64,000 nucleotides of DNA from Mobula hypostoma (lineage: Eukaryota), in NCBI RefSeq assembly GCF_963921235.1, contig NC_086097.1:112160001-112224000 (forward strand), in the 5' to 3' direction. The notes beneath the pieces are model-generated. The model worked only from the letters and a program-made list of their open reading frames with translations, ran no database searches and was not told the origin of the DNA. The position numbers and the translations under genes were made by a program. Of the stretch, positions 60,751 to 64,000 are shown in pieces; positions within the stretch are counted from its first letter, which is position 1, and each line of letters opens with the position of its first letter.

Positions 60751-62194
60751 TTGCACTGTTCTGCTGCCACCAAACAACAAATTTCACAACATATGTCACT
60801 GATAATTAAGCTGATTTTGAGGCGTTACGCACATTACCGCTATTAAAGGTTTTCCTTCACTTACTCCAGCAGGGAATGAGCTGCAGGCGAGGCACATGGT
60901 GAGAAGGAAAAGGCTGAGTGCGTGGCGGGGGGAGCAGCTAAACCGCAGGGATCAAATAATAACCTAAAGAGAGTGCAAGCAGATTCTGGGGGGAGGTTTC
61001 ATACTCAGGAATGTAGTAGAACAAGGTAGTTTGTGATTAATATGTGGCAGCGATCAGAATAGGGGTATGGCTATGATCATGGTCAGAAGAGGAGTATTAT
61101 GGAGAGTTCCAATGGAGAAGCAAAGGGTATCAGTGATTCAGCACCATCCCAGAAGATCCAGAAGCAAATCTGCAAACTTTTCTAATGACACAATAATTAT
61201 CTCTGTTATACAGTACAACTTCTCTGTCATATACACTTTCCACAAAGGATAAGTTCACTTAACTTTACCTTCACCTTCTCACACTATCTACAGTTGTCAT
61301 CATCCATGCTATCAAGTGGTACTTAATTACCAATCATCAGCTCACACTGCCTTCTCTGAACATTCAATGATACGACCGTCATCAAGACCATCAATATTAC
61401 CACTGACCTAAAACTCAACTACACCATCATATCAATGCTGTGGTTGAAACTGCAAGTCAGAGTTTGGGTTTGCTGATGCAAGTGGATCTCCAAGGTAAGG
61501 CAAAGTGTCTAATTGCCTCTCAAGTCCTTACATGAAGAGTGCAGACAAAATCAGGCAATAATAGCATCAAAACAAATTGATTTGGGCAATCAAATTTGAG
61601 CACCAAATAGGTAAAGGATGCAAGTACAAAATAAGATATGCAAATTGTTCAGTTTGCATTCAAGCAATCCACCATTTTATTACATTAATACATAAATTAC
61701 ACAAAATGGGCATACAATGATTAGGAAGGTAATTGAAATGTGGAGGATTTTTACTGTTACATTGAACATTGAAATACCCTTATTTTATAACAATATAAAA
61801 TAGCCAATATTTTGCTAAGCCCGTACTTACTTGGAATTAGAGATATATAAGGTTTATATTGTTAGGACAGAAAGAAGTGCATTCTACTAATCAAAAACTG
61901 ATCTGATCGAGCTCACAAACTGCATTGCTTCACTATTCAATAGAGTTCTTTATGTGCAAGGAATTCAAATATATGCTGTCAAGCTTGCATATAACTTTGA
62001 CAAATTGCTTATTTATTATATTGACTGAGTTTATTTGCCTACTGACAAAAAATTATTTATATTATTTATTTATGTGTTAAAAAGTCACAGAAAAAGTCCC
62101 TCAACAAAATGGTAGATTTGATTTCGGATAGGTATCTAGGTATAGGTAAGCCATAGCTTTCAGAATGTGTACAACAAGCTTTGCTACAAGAACC

Positions 62195-62493
62195 TATGCC
62201 TCAAATTGTTGATTATCTGCTACATCTGATAAGAATACCAATGAGCTCACTTTCAATAACTCTTCATCTCATGTTCTTGATTTAACTATTGCTTATTTAT
62301 ATTATTGTTTTTTTCTTTTGGCATTTGCACAGTTTGTTGTCTTCTGGTTGAATGCCCTAGATGAGGAGTCTTTCATTGATTATGTTATTATTATTTTTTT
62401 GGATTTGTTGAGTATGCCCACAAGAAAAGTGAATCTCAGGGTTGTAGATGGTGACATACATGTACTTTGACAATAAAACTTACTTTGAACATT
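62195..62493 (+). mobile_element. Rex1/Babar-like 3'UTR fragment
   Basis: Colinear with 50610-50882. Confidence 0.7.
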
Positions 62494-63078
62494 GAGGACC
62501 AATTTAACATAGTTTTCTGGCTGGAACCAAATCAGCTGACAAAGAACGGCCAATGTTCTTTTGAAATAAAGGAAGACAATGAACAGTCAATCAGTAAGTA
62601 CTGGATATGTACATGATGAGAATATTTTGAGCATTTTAACACTATTATTATTCCAGAGCATTACATTTCCTGATGCATAGTTTTCAGCTGTCAAAACCAG
62701 TTCATGCATTTATCAGTGTTTGAAATTTTACATTTAAAGTTCATTCACTGGTATAATTTTAGCTGGGCCTGACTCATTCATAAGAACACAGATCATTTAC
62801 ATTCCTCTCTCTAATGGATGTAGGAACATGTAAAGTCAAAGGTCTGATTTATAGGTTTATGGAGCAATAACAGATTTTTATCATGGGGGTGCACATGGAA
62901 GAGCAAGCCAGGCATAATTCAGAAACTGGAGGGAAGGTTTAGGATGAAACATAGGCATTCAAACCTGCATTTGGAGTGCATATTTTTAAATGTATATTGT
63001 GGGGGTTTGTGACTGATGAGTTGCAAGCTCAAGTCACCACAACGCATATCTTGCTTGTGTAATCTAATCTTGTCACTT

Positions 63079-63472
63079 CAGAATCAGAATCAGAATCAGA
63101 ATCAGGTTTTATATCACCGGTGTATGTCATGAAATTTGTTATTACGTGGCAGCAGTACATTGCAATACATAATAAAAACTGCAAATTACAATAAGTATAT
63201 ATACTTTAAAAAGTTAAAGAGAAAAAGAGAAAAAATTGTAGAGAGGTAGTGTTCATGATTTAACATCCTTTCAGAAATCTGATGGCAGAGGGGAGAAAGC
63301 TGTTTCTGAATCATTGAGTGTGTACCTTCAGGCTCCTGTACCTCCTTCCTGATGGTACAATGAGAAGATGAAATGTCCTGGGTAATGGGGGTCCTTAATG
63401 ATGGATGCCAACTTTTTGAGGCATTGCTCCTTGAAGATGTGCTGGATGCTGGGGAGGCTAGTGCCCATGAAT
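63079..63472 (-). mobile_element. Rex1/Babar-like LINE 3' fragment with (TTCTGA)4 tail
   Basis: CAGAATCAGAATCAGAATCAGAATCAGG start; colinear with 2990-3410. Confidence 0.75.
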
Positions 63473-63889
63473 GAGCTTTACATCTTTGGAGTCCAAGTAA
63501 ATTCTTAAACCACTATTGCACTGGATTGAAAGGCACATACTTTTTTTCTAAAACAAAGGACATCACTGCCATTTGCTAAATCTAAACTGTCTATAGGTGC
63601 AACAAGAAATTCTTCTGACTTCTATTCTAGCTTCCTTTTGGATGGATGTGCATGAAACTGGTTGAGAGAAATTAAAGTTTAAAGGTGAATACTTATATTC
63701 AAATTGGAAGGAAGTATGCAAGAGCATTCCCCTAGAGTTTACACATTTAGATACATATTTACCTGAAAATGGATATTCTTGCATAATCCCAATGTTTGCA
63801 GAAGACATGAAAGTCATAAATCTAGTAATCAATGACTAATGCATTTTGTTAGGAAGATAGTTGACAGGCAATATAAACCAGATGCCTCC

Positions 63890-64000
63890 AAGAGGACCAC
63901 AACCTTGCCGTAGGGTTTGGAGGCTTGTGTGCCTCAATGACCCGGAAAGCTATGATTGTCTGGAGCCAGAGATTTAAGCTTTGGCTCTTGGTAGGGTCAC
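63890..64000 (+). mobile_element. Probable RTE-clade retroposon 5' region (truncated by the window end)
   Basis: GGACCACAACCTTGCCGT...GGCTTGTGTGCCTCAATGA...AGCTATG...GTAGGGTCAC resembles the conserved RTE (BovB/Rex3-type) 5'UTR as I recall it. Confidence 0.5.

Noticed and set aside
60333..60809. Cys/Val-rich 158-aa ORF and His/Thr-rich antisense ORFs
   Set aside because: Translations of (TG)n microsatellites.
61137..61145. REST/RE1 site (TTCAGCACC)
   Set aside because: Left half only; the GGACAG right half is absent.
38900..64000. Upstream RIMS2 alpha/beta exons
   Set aside because: I found no minus-strand segment encoding the expected RRSS.GAKMVAIVG.SRKSRS.SQLSQ region or other RIM motifs; a small exon could have been missed by eye.

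Overview
AT-rich, CpG-depleted vertebrate genomic DNA. The repeat content (shark-type CR1 LINEs, V-domain SINEs, Penelope-like elements) suggests a cartilaginous fish, probably a ray; this is inference, not a database result. The only host gene found is RIMS2 on the minus strand. Six GT-AG exons (38405-38267, 26757-26616, 22497-22385, 17577-17476, 11174-11035, 7225-7007) splice in phase into a complete 855-nt ORF of 284 aa. This is the short C2B-only RIM2-gamma isoform with its own first exon, followed by a ~2.7 kb TE-free 3'UTR. I found no upstream alpha/beta exon in 38.4-64 kb, which is probably one long intron. The rest is transposon debris: CR1 and Rex1/Babar-like LINEs, Penelope-like elements (GIY-YIG), V-SINEs, and Tc1, hAT and Chapaev-like DNA transposons. 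The most unusual features are: (1) a young, apparently TSD-flanked composite CR1 containing an inverted, tandemly repeated 172-bp promoter-like monomer; (2) many copies of a minimal hammerhead-ribozyme motif in Penelope-like termini; (3) recurrent fold-back Penelope insertions with 9-16 bp target-site duplications; and (4) an old ~200-bp-arm inverted repeat. I found no evidence of a wholly new gene system. Repeat boundaries are approximate unless TSD/TIR coordinates are given.
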